Below the pieces are notes generated by a model. That model worked only from the letters and a program-made list of their open reading frames with translations. It ran no database searches and was not told where the DNA came from. From Paraspadella gotoi (Eukaryota > Animalia > Chaetognatha): DNA of 64,000 nucleotides. Location: assembly GCA_051294375.1 (NCBI GenBank), contig CM119267.1, positions 15,168,105 to 15,232,104 of the forward strand, in the 5' to 3' direction. Both the position numbers and the translations under genes were made by a program. Of this stretch, positions 1 to 15,108 are shown in pieces; within the stretch, counting starts at the first letter, position 1, and each line of letters starts with the position of its first letter.

Positions 1-2099
1 CTCTTCCTTCACATCACATGATCACAGTGAAGATTCATCACCACTTCACCTTCGACTGACCCCTACTCCCCCCCCAAAGATATCTTTTCAAGACTAAGAA
101 ATGACTAACAAAACCACAAACAACTACAACGCACTCCACGAAAAGATCAATGAGCCAACTCCTCGAGAGTCAAGGGTCGAACTCGGTTTAAATCGTCGCC
201 CCGCTTTCCTACTTCCCCCCACCAACCCTTCGCCTCCCCCTTTTTTTCCGTCGGCCAACGGGTCTCGAAAGAACACATCCAAGAATGAGAGTTTGTCTTG
301 AGTCGATGGCCTCACAGCCTCGTTAAAAGGAAAGGCTCGGGGCGAAGAGAGAGTCCCGTGGCCCATTTGAGAGGAGAAGGTCCCCACCTCCCGCTGATCG
401 TTGCCGCTCCGGACACGAGACTCACTCTTAAAGAAGGCGGGTGCCTTACCTTCAATATTTCTTTTTAAGATTGTGTCTTACTCTTATAGCTTCTGCGGCT
501 CTTTGAGTGAAAGACGAAAAAAGAAAGAAGAAGGAAAGAAAGAAAGAAAGAAAGAAAAGAAAGAAAGAAAGAAAGAAAGAAAGAGAAGAAAGAAAGAAAA
601 GAAAGAAAGAAAGAAAGATAAGAAAGAAAGAAAAAAAAAACCTTTTTGAATAACAAAATATTAATAGATACTAAGCAATAAAGAAAAAAGGGAAAAAAGT
701 AAAGAAACACTAGTGTTGACAAAGAAACAAAATTATATTTGAAAGTGAAAATAAAAAGAGGGAAAAAAGACTAATTTTGCGAAGGGGAAAAAAAATTCCA
801 TATTCGCTCGAAAACGCGAAAAATAGAAAAAACGAAGGAAAACGGAAACGGTCGATACGACTCGAGCGAGAAAGCGGAGGGGGGGGAGGGGGGCGACGTG
901 CAGGTTCTACTCGGATTTTCACCGCTGAGCGGGGGTAAGGCGGAAGTGGGGGGGGAGAGAAGAGGGTAAGCCGAAATAGGTCGCGAAAGGCGTCGTGGGG
1001 GGGGGTGTAACAGTCAGATCAAGCGCGGAGCCGGTTCAGCTTACAAGTTAAACTCAGGACGGTCACGCGCCATGGTTCTGGATTCGCACACATAATGTCA
1101 ACAACGGAATCGAGGGCGTCAAAGGAGAGAAGCGACGATGACGGGAGACGCTCGAGGAAACGTCGCGCGAGGCGAAGAAGAGCGAGATAAAAATGTTTGC
1201 CAACGCGCCAGCGGATGATGAGAGGTAATCACTAATCACACATCTATGACATTAAACATTGTACAGGCTTGGACCATTATAGTATACAAAATATAATATA
1301 CAAACAAAAAATAATTACTCGGAAACAATTGATCATTTTGTTAGTTAATCTGTACGTCTGTTAGAATTTTCGACTTTCTTATGTTTTTGTGTAGATATAT
1401 GCATCTGCTTTAGGTAAAACTGTATTCTCGTACATTGATCTAGTGTCATTTAATGCTTTTTTTCTCCGCGCGGTTGTAAACCAAAACATTTTTTCAACAA
1501 GAACCCTTTACTACGAAAGAAACACAAAGGACTTTTTGACATTCTTCGCCGACGGTCAAAACGTAAAACCACTAAGCGCCGCAAAATGAAAAAAAAAAAA
1601 CGTCTTACTCAAGGAGCGCGCGCTGGGCGGTGCTAGGCGGCGTCGCGCGGCGCTGGGCTACGTGACTGGGCGTCGCTTTCCTCGACTCCTTTTGTTATGT
1701 TGTCACGATGGAGAAAAGAAGGAAAAAATATTTTCTGAATTTCGTGAATCGAATTCAGAGGAAAAAAACCCGCGATCGAAATGATGCCGCGCGACTCGAA
1801 GCCACGCTCGAACGCCCCCTGAATGACGCGGGAAGACCGTTCGTGCGTGTCGCTCTGCCCAGTTCGTACAGACGGTTTGAAAAATGTTTGCTCGTTCGTT
1901 CGATCGGAAGGGGAGAAAGTGGTCGCCAAAGTGCGCTCGTGAAGTATGTGTCCGTCCGACCGTGTCATTATTACGTCTTTTAAAATGGGTTTACGTTTTA
2001 CTGATCACTGATCATCTACGTGTCTGGGAAGACTAGCCTAGCATCACACATCTCACGTTTTAGTTCATCTCACACACTTAAATCTCAAACCTTTTCTTT

Positions 2100-2555
2100 G
2101 TTCACGATTCGTTCCATCTCACGCAGCACGCACCGACCGGAAATCGAGCCACGCCCACTTTCCGGCCCTTTTTTTCGTTTCTTTCCCCTCGTCAATTTCG
2201 ATGGAAGAAATATTGCGTCCTTCTTGCGTCAATCTGCAATGGTATAACAGGAAATTCAACGCGTTTTTAAAATGGAGAAGCGCACGGGATACACGAGGGC
2301 AGCTGTGGGACAATTTTTGGGGGGAACTAGCGAGAGGTAAAATATTGTTAATAAGATAGAAAAACCAGAGATATATAGCAAAATAAAGTAATCGAAAGTT
2401 TGCTTTGCGTAGAAAATATCAAAAGAGAAAAAAAAACCAGAGAGAAAAAACAAAACATCGAAAACATCGAAACATCGATAAAAAAACATCAACATAATGA
2501 TGAAAAACGACACAACACAAACTACGACGAACGAACAAGGGAGTGATTAATTCAT

Positions 2556-2596
<41 letters not shown>

Positions 2597-2827
2597 CGAC
2601 GAAGTCTTTCTCGTCTCTCGTTGGCAACGTCATCGAAATCCAACGATTCGAATTAAAAAAGAAAAAAAACAGAAAAAAACAAAAAAACAACAACAAAACA
2701 CGAAAGCTTAAACAGAGAACAATCCCATCCGGAATCCTCCTCATTTATCGCGCTCCATAAAACCATTAAGGTTTCATACGACTAACAACGTTTCCCGGTC
2801 TTCGTTCGCGGGCGGCGGCGGCGGGCG

Positions 2828-2859
<32 letters not shown>

Positions 2860-4166
2860 GGCAGGCGGCGGCGGCGGCGGCGGCGGGCGGCGGCGGCGGC
2901 GGCACCGTCCGCCCCGACTTTGGCGTGATTCGTTTTAACGGCTAAAAAAAGAAGCGGAATGACTCGCGAGATTAAGCTGAGAGATGAGATGAATGATACG
3001 TGAACGAAATTAACTGAACGAGATGAAATGAATGAGTACGAATGAACAAATTAAACTGAACGATCAGTTTTTTCTCCGAAAATCATGAGCCGAGAAATTT
3101 AAAGAGTTTTTTTTTAACTAGAAGTATTAGATTTTTAAAAAAAGAAATCTCTCTTCTTTTTTTCCTTTTCTTTGTCTCACGATTTCGTTCCATCTCACGC
3201 AGCACGCACCGACCGGAAATCGAGCCACGCCCACTTTCCGGCCCTTTTTTCGTTTCTTTCCCCTCGTCAATTTCGATGGAAGAAATATTGCGTCCTTCTT
3301 GCGTCAATCTGCAATGTATAACTAGGAAATTCAGCGTTTTAAAATGGAGAAGCGCCGATCACGAGGGCAGCTTGGGACAATTTGGCGGAACTAGCGAGGT
3401 AAAATATGTTAAAAGATGAAAAAGCCAGAAATATATATGTAGCCACTCGAGAGGATTAATTCCTAATAAAATAAATTCGTCTTGTCCGGGGCCAGAATCT
3501 CGGGATGTCAAGAACCCCAGCTCTGGACCAACAAGGCAGCTACAAATTCTCCTATTTAAAAACTTTAACAAATGAAGAAATCTTTTGTTTTCAAGTTGTC
3601 AACTCAGTCTCAAAGAAGATGTCTCACTGGTTTTAAATCTTTTGTTATTGATTGTTAACTTTATTGATTATTGACTGAATGATTTCAGTTGGGTTTTAAA
3701 TCTCGTTTGAACCTTTTGATTTTAATATATTGATCCCTATCAATAATCACGTTTTTACTATAAAGTCAACAATGTAGTTAATACATTAGTAAAAGACTCT
3801 TTTTAAAACTAATCAACAACTTGAATACCGGCCACGCCTTCCCTGTGACGTCCTAAGCAACGTCTTAGTACCGTGGCACTCCAGTGGTTACGCCCTCCGT
3901 CACGCTGTGGAGAAACTCCGATAGCTAACCACACATAGCAAATAAAGTAATGAAACTTTCGCATTTTTGTTGGGTAAGTAAAAGAAAAATCAAAATTCTG
4001 CCTATTGCTTGCGTAAATATCAAAAGATAAAAAAAAACCAGAGAGAAAAAACAAAACATCGAAAACATCGAAACATCGATAAAAAAAAACATCAACAATA
4101 ATGATGAAAAACGACGACAACAACAACGACGACGAACGAAAGCCAAGGGAGTGATTAAATTCATCC

Positions 4167-4199
<33 letters not shown>

Positions 4200-4825
4200 T
4201 CTTCGCTCGTCTTCGTTGGCAACGTCAATCGAGAAATCCAACGATCGAATTAAAAAAAAAAAAAACAGAAAAAAACAAGAAACACAACAAAAAACGAAGC
4301 TTAAACAGAGAAACATCCATCCGGAATCCTCCTCATTTATCGCGCTCCATAAAACCATTAAGGTTCATAACGACTAACAACGTTCCCGGTCTTCGTTCGC
4401 GGCGGCGGCGGCGGCGGCGGCGGGCGGCGGCGGCGGCGGCGGCGCAGGGGCGGCCGGCGTCGGCGCGCGGCGGCGGCTTCCGCCACTTTGGCGTGATTCG
4501 TTTAACGAGCTAAAAAAAGAAGCGGAATGACTCGCGAGATTAACTGAACGAGATGAATGAATGATACGAATGAACGAAATAACTGAACGAGATGAAATGA
4601 ATGAGTACGAGAGAACGTACGAAATGAATGATGTACGATGCGAATTTAACGAATAATATGAGTAAATGACGAAATACGAAGAGTGAATGAAATGATAGAT
4701 GACGATATGCTGAATGTACGATACATGAGGTGATATGAGTGATAACAAAATTCGACGAATTTCGAATCATTGAAGCCGAGAAATTTAAAGAGTTTTTTTT
4801 TATTAAATTAGTTTTTAAAAAAAAG
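2100..4825 (+). repeat. Tandem duplication: copy 1 about 2100-3150, copy 2 about 3178-4825 with an insertion; each copy has (GAC)n, (GGC)n and GAAT-like tracts
   Basis: 2103-2375 matches 3178-3437, 2376-3000 matches 3936-4570, and 3080-3145 matches 4765-4825; differences are mostly 1-bp indels. Confidence 0.88.
3438..3935. mobile_element. Insertion of about 0.5 kb with TGT...ACA ends (solo-LTR-like)
   Basis: The empty site is visible in copy 1 (atatatagcaaaataaag); copy 2 reads atatata[TGTAGCC...AACCACACA]tagcaaaataaag. The TSD is ambiguous (TA, or tata/cata). Confidence 0.55.
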
Positions 4826-4960
4826 GAAAGAGGTCTACTGACAGGAGTGTCAAGAATTGCCGAAAACATCGACTTTTCAAGATAGTTATGAGAGAAAGAT
4901 AAAAAGATGAAGAGGATTTTTAGTGTGAGAGAGAGATAAAAGAGAGAGAGAGAGAGAGAA

Positions 4961-5026
<66 letters not shown>

Positions 5027-5149
5027 TGAACTACTTCTAAAAATGTTGAAAATTCCTTTTTACGCCTTTCTTCGTCAAGGAGACGTCGTCCTGCGGGTCT
5101 TGAGACAAAACATTCATAATAACATTTATGAAGTCCTTAAGATGAACAC

Positions 5150-5222
<73 letters not shown>

Positions 5223-6300
5223 ACAGGATAATTTGCTGTCCATTAGTCTATGTCGCTATCACATAAAAATTCCTGTGACATACAAAAGCAAAGTGACGGT
5301 TATAAAATGATATAATTATAAAATATATAATGACAAGTCTATCTCTGGGTAGTTTTTTTCTTTTTTTTTAATTTATAATTCACTCATACGTCCACCAGAG
5401 ATTTAAAAAAAAACGCCGCGAGTCACAAGCTCATAATGCATAGTAATTATCTTCATGAACTGACGGCGCCGTCGTCGTCGTCGTCGTCGTCGTCGTGTAA
5501 ATTATCAAGGACGCGGCACGTGGAAATCCTCCTCACATTTTTTCCCTCTCTTCCTCCTTTCCTCACCTCGTTTACTTTCCTTTCCTCCCTTCTATTTTTT
5601 CTTTTTTCTCTCCTTTCCTCCCCTTTTTTCTCCTTTTCCTTTTCTATCTCCTCCGATCTTTTGCCAACAGAAATTTAAAGGCGAAACTCAAGAATGAAAT
5701 CGTTTGTTTTCGCATCTTTACGCGATTCTCGAGCGACTTTGCAATTTGTACGTTGTTGTTGTTGTTGTTTTTATTGCTCGCAAAACGAATATATTCTCGA
5801 TAATGAGTCAGCGTTAACTCGCAATTTCAGAAACCCGAAGTAAGAACTGACTTTCCAGCTTCGTGAGGTAAGTACTAAGACACAAAATTAGTCCTGTTTA
5901 AAATACAAAAGTGTAATTAAATTTTAATGAGGGTAATTTGAAGTTTTGCCGGTCAAGACTACAGATCACGTGGTGGACAATGAAAACCTTTCGTCATCGT
6001 TTTCATCGTCATCGTCTTTTCCATCGTTTTCCCTCAGTTCCTTTCTCTTCATGTCGAGGGACGGACCAGAGTCGGCGGAAAAAAAGTCGGCCGCGCGTCG
6101 TCAAAGTGTCACAGCTTGACCTTCTTTCTGTGGACGTCGGAGGGCCGTCACGCGGGCGTCGCGCGGGCGTCAAAATGGAGACGCGAGGACGCGTCACGAT
6201 GGAACGATGCGAGGATGACGTCCCCTATTCTTCGACCGTTCGTCGTCTGAGGTTTCAATCACGAGGCTGAAAAATAAAAAAGAAAATAAAGATAGAAGAA

Positions 6301-6340
<40 letters not shown>

Positions 6341-8629
6341 AACACAGAGTAGCAAAACATATAAAATAAACAAGTGAATAAATTAAACTAGAAGGGGAAA
6401 AATTGATTGCCAACTTTCATTCAGTAGAAAGTCGCTCCAACCAAGTTTTAGGGGAAGAGGAAATGTCTGATGGATTGGCGAAATAAAAAGGTTCATCAGA
6501 ACGGGTCAAGAAGGGGCGGAGACGTGTGGAAAACGGGGCAAAACCTTTAAGGGGTCAAGGCGTGGAGAAAGAGAGGAAGAGAGAGAAGAGAGAGAGAGAG
6601 AGAGGCGTGAAAATCTCGTGAAGCGTGGGAGATTTGCTGATCAAACAAGAAGACAGGGACTTTGGGTCAAATGGCCAACCAGCGATTGAAGGAGGAAGAA
6701 TTGATGGGAAAATAGAAAGGAGGCGGCGAATGGTTCGACAGACGGACATATGGACAAACGGAATTTGAAAATTTTTAAAGCTTAAATATGAAAAAGTAAA
6801 AGGGAACATTTTACACGAGTTGAATTTAATTCACTCTAAAATTCGGTCAAAAACCTTTGAGCAAGGAAGGGGGGGGGAAATTTTGTCAGGCGCAACTTTT
6901 TCAATTTGTTGAAGAGCAGGCGCTTGACATGAAACCTTATTTACAGGATCATGAAGCAGCAATGAACTCATAATTTTTTTTACCTTTATTCTTCGCGTGA
7001 TTTTTTCCTAAATTTTCCTCAATTAAATATGGAAGCCACATGGGAAACGATCATTTTTTTTATTTAGCCTAAACTCTACCTCAAAAGCATAATTCTATAC
7101 TTTTTCCAACGTTGATTCGAAATCAAAATACCAATAAAATTTTTTTTTTTTTGGATTCGATTCCATCGCCGTCACCAAGTTAATACAAATCCACGTCAAG
7201 AGCGTCAAATCTAATCCTCGTGTCTCGCCACTACCAATTCCCCAAGGTCACTTTCGATCACTCCGTCACGAACGTCACCCTCAGCAGGTTCTCGTCTCCC
7301 CCCCCCCCAATTAACAAAAAGAGAGGAGCGGCCCCTTTTTCGGCCCCACGCACGCGGACCGCCGCGCCCCTTTCCGAAGCGAATAAGCGGAGGAAACGAA
7401 AAAGATCTATGGTCGCCCCGCGGATTATATTTGGCGCCACAAAGGGGGGGCCGGGTGGGTCGTTGGTAAGGGGGTTGAAGAGGTGTACCGCGGAGAGAGT
7501 AGGAGAGAGAGAGAGGAGAGAAGGAGAGAGAGAGAGAGAGAGAGAGACGCACTGACAGAGCACGGACGAGACTCCCGCGAGATGACGATTCGGAGAGAGG
7601 AGAAGAAGACGAGAGCAGACAGAGAGATAAGAGAGCAGGAGAGCAGAGGAGGACCAGAAAGAAAATAGAGAGGCACCTAGCGTCAACATTAGTAAATGAT
7701 AAAGACGAGAGAAAAAAAAGATGTAGGATGCATGGAAGAGGAGGAGAGAGAGCAGAGAGCACGAGTGAGAGAGAGAGAGAGGAGAGAGACGACGAGAGAG
7801 AGAAGGAAAGAGAGAGAAGACGAGCAGATCGGAGAGCAGAGAGCGAGAAGAGGGAAAGCAGGGACACGAGACAGACAACAAACAACATAGAATGAGAATG
7901 AGATAAACGAAGAAAGAGATGAGAGAAAGAGGGGTACGTGGCTCGGCCGGGCCGGATCACGTTCCGGGGTCGCCCGTCGAACGACATCCTCGAGGCGAGA
8001 GAGCCGACAGCACGACGCGACTGCCGGTGAAAGAACGATGTCCGAGATGTGAGGGAGGCTAAATTTTTATTAATAAGAAATAGAATATATCCTATTTCAT
8101 AATATGTCCACCACTCTTAAAACACACAAACAATCAGAACAAATGAAATAAACAAAAATAATGTAAGAAAACAATTGGTAAAAACAGCAAAACCAAGAAC
8201 TCAAAAATAAACTTGCGGGGGCAAGAAAGAAAAAAATAAGTTGGACGGAAGGAACTCATGCTAATTCGGATACATTAAGCTAAAACCTGAGAAAACTAAA
8301 TCATATTTTGTCGATACTTGTTTAAGAGATCCTCCTCCGAGTGTCATATCCTGTCCAAAACCCGCTCTCGAATAGAAACAAATATAACTCCATATAAAAG
8401 ATATCTGTAATCACACTCGACCAATCCCAAACACATAAATAATGTCCATAAAATAGAGTTGATTGAATACAAAAATGTAGGTGAGGGATATAGTATCAAA
8501 GCGTGCACGCGCCCGCGCGGAGGTTTGATCTGGTTGATTTGGTGGCACCTTGTTGTTTTTTTTTTAAACGCGCGAATCGCCAAAATTTTCAACGTCCATA
8601 CTGGTGCTTAAAATAAAAAAGCAGCCAGC

Positions 8630-11600
8630 AACAGAATTGGACGATATATCCCATGGAGGGTCGAAAACAAACTAGAGCACGCATCGACAGTAGCAAAAAG
8701 TACTACAGAACGAGGTACAAACGGAACACGAAGAGAGAGATGGGGCGATGTATATAGAGGTGCGGGTGAGCAAGGTGAATAGAAGCGGAACATACACCGA
8801 GAACTAATTTGTGTATGTTCGAAGTAATGGTCCGTAGGAGTACCGAGATGGGAAGTTTGTTTGAGAGCGCGTGGGCAGATTTTGGGTTTCTTTTCTTGTT
8901 CTTTGGTCCAACCGCGGTGAGTCGGCCGTGGTGCGGCTGCCAAAACCCTCGACAAATGATTGCCTTTGGGCCCGAAAACCACAGAAAAAAACCAGACAGA
9001 GCTTCCCGCGCCACGTGATCAAAAACGGAAAGAGTAACAGAGAGAGAGACGAGAGACGAGCTGAGGAGAATTTAGACTTGTTTATAATTTATCTATGCTT
9101 TAGATAAAGCAAGAAGAAGAACAAAGAAAAGCTATTTGGTACCGATGAGAGCAAAAGAAAGAGAGTTTTATGAAATCACAATGGGCGTATTGATAGATCT
9201 GGGGCAATTACGATACAGAATTATCATAGAGGTAGATTTCCGCAAAGATAGTTAGTTATGACTCAAACCGAATTATTTTAATGTTTACTAACAGTGAAAC
9301 AAGAGTATGTAACCTATCGCATGTATGACCTAGAAAATATGAAGAAAGTAGAGAAAAAGAAGTACTTTGCAGAAGTGCAGCAGATGATGTATAGAAGATA
9401 AAGAATAACCGATAAAATACCCTCTCGATAGTGATCTATGTCTTAAGATTAACAATCCAAGACTATTTTTTAAATTGTAAAGTCTTTAAGATGATATATT
9501 AAAAGTATAACCGATTTAACGGGAGATTAACCATTAAAGAATATTATTTTTATCACGCAGGGTTTAGCGATACATTTATCAGAAAATTAAACGTCTATCC
9601 GAAAACCGACTGTGTCGATCTGTAGTGAATAAGTGAATCCTCCTAGAGAGGACAGCAAGTGGTTTGGTGAAAAAAATTGGAGGATTGGAAAAACGGAAAT
9701 ATGGCTAAAAGACAAAAGTGTATTAACAGATCCGATTGGCGCACAGAATGGAAGGTGGTTGTCCTTTCGGTTATTGATATTAGTAGTTCTCTTCTCTTTT
9801 TTTTATTTTCTCTGTCTCTTTCTCCTCCGACCTAAATTTTTATCCGGCACTGCGAGAGTACAGATGGCGACTTTCTAATTTTGCTTCTCCCCGCCTATTC
9901 GGACGAAGGTTAAAAAGGCAGGGCGAGCAATTAGTGTAGGACGGCCGGAACGAAACTCCGCACCTGGGTAATGAAGAATGGAGGGACGTATCATGAGAGC
10001 GGCGGTTGTACCAGGAGAGTCGAGAGTCAACGATTGTATGCTGACGGAGAACAGTAGTCGAGGAGAGAGGAGAGGCAAGACGAGACCAGGGAGAGGGAGC
10101 ACGAAGAATCTCCGAGGAATTTGGCCTCGCAGCCGCGCGACGTTATCCGACTCGCACGCAAGCGGATCAGACCATCATGAGGCCATTTGGATGGCAAGGT
10201 AACGCCAAGCTCCTGTACGAAACTTATTGCGACTAATCGTAACTCCGCCAATTACAGCTGAAAGGCCAGAAAATTCTTTTTTTATTTTTTTTTTTTGTCC
10301 TCTGACTCGTCTTTCTCTTGAACGAATCGAAGCTAAAATTTTCAAAAAGAAGCATTTCTTTACTAGAGAAAAGAGAGAAGATGAATTGTTTAAGCATAAA
10401 TGTCATTTCTTACGAAAACATTGTCCGAAATTGGTACATAAAAAGTCTGTAGGATAAAAACATCTCCTCCCCTCGCAAGAAACTATTAACGCAACAAAAA
10501 AGAAGGAAAAACAAACAAATAACCATGACCGGCCAAAGATCCCAATCGAAGACATAATAGCATCCAGACCAAAGTGACATGCTAGCCCAACACCCCAGAC
10601 ATAGATGGGAGAAAAGTAAACGTTTTGTTTTGATAAGGAGAAACTTAGGAATGTTACATCCCGAAAAAGGTGAACGGAACGGACATCAATGGTGAATTGA
10701 AATGCAGGAATTGAGATTAAAAGTGATAATACACGATTAGTGATTAGGTGGAGAGAGACAGAGAGAAACAGATTCGCTGATCGTGCAGATTCTGAGTCTA
10801 CCTAAGATATTTGGTAGACGTAAAGTAGCGGCCTAGCCCCCGTTCTTCCGAAAAAAGAAGGTGGCAACCCGCTTTTAACTATACCCCCTCCAGTTCCCTC
10901 ATCGGGCGCCGTTCGCCCTCCGCTTCGCCCCCCTCCCGCTTCCCAACATCTTTTTCTTTCCTTTTTCCGCGGCCTAGTATGGAAGAGAGACCACCATCCA
11001 TCTATTAGCCCGAGAGAGCGTTAAGCGAGATCGGAATCTCCCTTTCGAAAAGGAGAGAGATGACCTCTGATCAGATAATTACATTAAATTAATTAATTTT
11101 TTCTCAGGGCGCAGGACGCTCAATTCCATAAAAACCTCTTGTTTACCCCGCATAACAGAAGATAAGTTCAATTCGGCCAGACTGATCCCACTCAAAGCAA
11201 ATGTCGCGTTCAATGAGGCATGCAGAGAATAGAAGAATGCTGATGCATGTAGATCTCCACTAAGCCTCATCCCACTCGAACCGCGACAGAGGAGAGACAT
11301 CCTATCTCCACACATATCCCTACCCCCACACACCCAAAGAGAGAAGTAAGTATCAGAGAAAGTCGAGAGAGTACCATCGAGTAAGAGATCCGAGAAACCT
11401 CCGCGTGAAGAGAAAAATAGAGGATACGCTGCTGTATAATACGTGGAGTGAAACATCTGATTTAACCTGAAGGCGAAAAGTGAGACAGGAGGAGGCGGAG
11501 AGAAGACCGAGAGAGAGTGGAGATGAGATGAATCGAGAGAAATGAGTTAAAGGATGAAAGGACCGAATAAGGCGGACCTATCAAACTAAGCCCACTTCAA

Positions 11601-11836
11601 AGCCATCAACATACATAAACGAGCAATGAAGGAGAGTAGAAACGACCCCTTAAACGCTTTTCTCTCTCGTAATCGCGTATGTATCTCTCCTCTCGAATTT
11701 AATAGTTATCTCCTCAAGTTTACAGTACCCTCAACAGAGAGCCGCAGACATACAATCAGAATACTACATACAATACAACCATCTCTCTCACTCCTCTACA
11801 CTCGTCTCTTCTCTCTCTCTTCTCTCCTCCTCCTCT

Positions 11837-11870
<34 letters not shown>

Positions 11871-14800
11871 CTCTTATCTCAACTTCTACGGACAATGTCG
11901 AGTTCTCCTACCTCAATTCAATACATTAGTTCACACCCTTACTCTCCTGTCACACGCCAACATATAATTTACTTTTTTATTAAAAACAAAATACAAAACC
12001 TACCCTCCTTTCTTATCGGCTTTCCCACTTTTTGCCCCCTTTCCCCTCCCTCCCTCATCCCCCCCTTATCTCTTCCCCCCACCACCATTCCCCAGAGATT
12101 TGACAAGAACCGATACGCCCTCTTCCGTTTTTGTTTCCGACTGCGTGTAGCCGACTCGTCGATCCGCCTCGTCGTCAGTTCCATCGTACGTCGGCAACGA
12201 TAGCTGATTCGCAAGTAACTGCCAATCGTCTTCTTCGTCGTTGTTGCAACCGATGTATTACGCAACGAAACCGTATCAGTCTGCACCATCTGGTCGTCGA
12301 TACAGATCGTACGTCATTAATAGAGTTCAGCGTCGTCCGTTATAACGCGCGTTTTTTCCACTGCCTCGTCGACATTATCCTCATTTTTTTGGGCGTTATC
12401 GAATTACTTTATATCATTGTGAAACATATTTGATTATATACACTGTGTTAATGTCACGTCTATCGTCTTCTCGTCTGCTCTGTTCCACATCTTCTCTCTC
12501 TTCTCCTCTCCCAACATCAATATATAGGGCGAAACCCATTTCTTATATTAATAATAATATTAGTGAGTTCTTCACCATGATTCCACTCTATACGGCCTCC
12601 CATACAAAGTTCTCAACATACCTGGTCCGGTTTTCCTTCATTATTTGTTTCGACTTTAAATAGTCTACGATTTTCAAACCCTGATGCGTACTAAGCAATA
12701 CAGAGAAGAGAGTTTTCGCTGTCGTTAACTAACCACAACTGGATGCGTCTCAAAGTCTAACTCTCACCTGATTTAAACGTACAGTTTAGAAAATCGAAGT
12801 AATCGAATTAACAAATGTGTTCTATATATCGATCTTATTTGATTATGCTTTCTCATCAATTCATAAGTGTTCTAACAATTAGCTCTTTAATATAAATAAT
12901 AGATATATATACAAATTTCCTCGCAATGCTTGACAGCTCCACTGATTAACTGTTTACCGAAATCACTTAAACGCACTCGTGGTCTGAATCATATGTTCTA
13001 CTAGATTATGTACCAGGTGAGTATAAGATGTAAAACGGCCCTCTCTGCACTGAAAATATTTGGGTATCAGGCGGCGTGGCCTTAACCGGAAGATGAGGTT
13101 TCGTACGGCGTTGGCAACAATTGCTCTCGACCGGTGAGTTCCCAAGATTTTGACCCGAAAATCTAATTCTAATAGCTAGACAACAATAACATTCCAAAAT
13201 GTCATAAGGGGCTCTTAGGATATCGATAATTCTTGGCCCCTAACGGCAGAACGTGATGGCACTGATATTGCCCGGATAGTCTCATAAATTAAACCAAATT
13301 CTGGCAAGAAGAGAAATGTATACCATATAAATGTCCTCGTCGACAAAATCTATCAATGAATTCTCCTACCAGATAATCCGATATCAATCACTATTCCTCA
13401 CTGTCTCTCGACAAAACTATTAATAGGTTCTTTCAACGCTTATTTTCGCGTGAGGGCATCCCAAACCTTTTTTCATAATATTTTTATATTTTCTAGATTA
13501 GAGCACATTGAACTATGGCAATAATGTAATCTTTTTAATTCACGTCTAAATTCTGGCCCAAATGGGGTCTTTAGAAGAACAACTCGACCCAACAAACAAC
13601 CCAAAAATTCCTCTCCATTTTTTTTCAACATTCTCGCCTTTTAAGTACGTCTCGTCGGGATTCTTGACTTCCTCTTTTCAAACTCCTATAGCTGTTTCCG
13701 CGGATATGTTACATTTTTTTTCCTTTAATACGACACGAAAAAGGGAAATCCCCATAACTTTTTATTATTTTAATTAATTCTGGTACGCGGTTATAAAAAA
13801 TATAAACCAAATTGAATTACATCAACATTTGTCCGACTATTTATCGACCAAGGGTTCTGTAAAACTGACTTTTGTCGTAGGCCTCGCTCCACCTCCCCCT
13901 CGCGACCTTCCTGTTGACGACGTTAAATAATTTAAAAAATTTTAAAAGAATTTATTATTGAAACTATAAAACCATCCAAAGTGAAGAAGCTTGAACGCGT
14001 TTTTTTTCCGGCCCTTCTTTTCAGGGTAAAACATTTCCCTGTTTCTCCTAACAAAAAATAATTGGTACTTTTTTGCTTGCGTGAAAAAGACACATAACAT
14101 TTTATTTAACCTTTTTGTACAGGCATGCCTGNNNNNNNNNNNNNNNNNNNNNNNNNNNNNNNNNNNNNNNNNNNNNNNNNNNNNNNNNNNNNNNNNNNNN
14201 NNNNNNNNNNNNNNNNNNNNNNNNNNNNNNNAAGACAAAAACAAAATAAAACTGAAGAAAACCTTAAAAGGAAAACAACTGACATTCGAAAATAAAACTG
14301 ACAAAGCGGTGGCAGTAAGAGAGAGACGAGACAACGCGGGTCATCTCGGGACAAAGAACGTGACTCGTATCGGGACAAAGCTGTAACGCCCAGAATTTAA
14401 GTGAAGAGAGAACTTGGGACAAATCGATTGCTGACGGTGAATGAGGGACAAAGATGGTAGAGTGGGTCGATTAGTGGCAGCTCTATCTTAGGATCGGGAT
14501 AAAATTTGGTATTCGGTATTGCGACACAGCAGTTTAGAAGATAGAGACAATGTCTCTTCGAGAATCGGGACAAAGGCGAAAGAGAAAAAGAGGAGAATCC
14601 CGCGATTTTTCCCTCCGATTTCGTCCTTGAAGCCGAAATAATGAGGCGGAGGGGGAATATCGAGCTCCGATTCGGGGCCGGAAATTAAAGAGAAAATGAT
14701 TAAACGCTCGATCGGGGCCGCGAAGCCTCGACGGCGCAATTTATTAGACGTGTTACGCCTCGTTAGGCGAGTCGTCTTCAGGCGGGGCGAGGGAAAAGAG

Positions 14801-15067
14801 GACGTTACTAGTCTAATTTTTTTGTAGAAGGTTTTATCTGTTTCGTATGTCGCACGTTCACTCCGATGCACAAAGCGTCTCAGGAATTGATATTGTTTCA
14901 TTCTCTTTGCGACATTGAGTAACTAATTGTTGCCCGTAGGTGTAAGTCAGACTTTAAAAAAAACCTTAAAAATGGCGAATAAAACGAGGCGGATAAACAG
15001 ACAGACCTCGAAACAGACAGTCGCACAGACGAACAGACAAAGTTCTGGGATTTTTTTCAAGTGTGAA

Positions 15068-15108
<41 letters not shown>

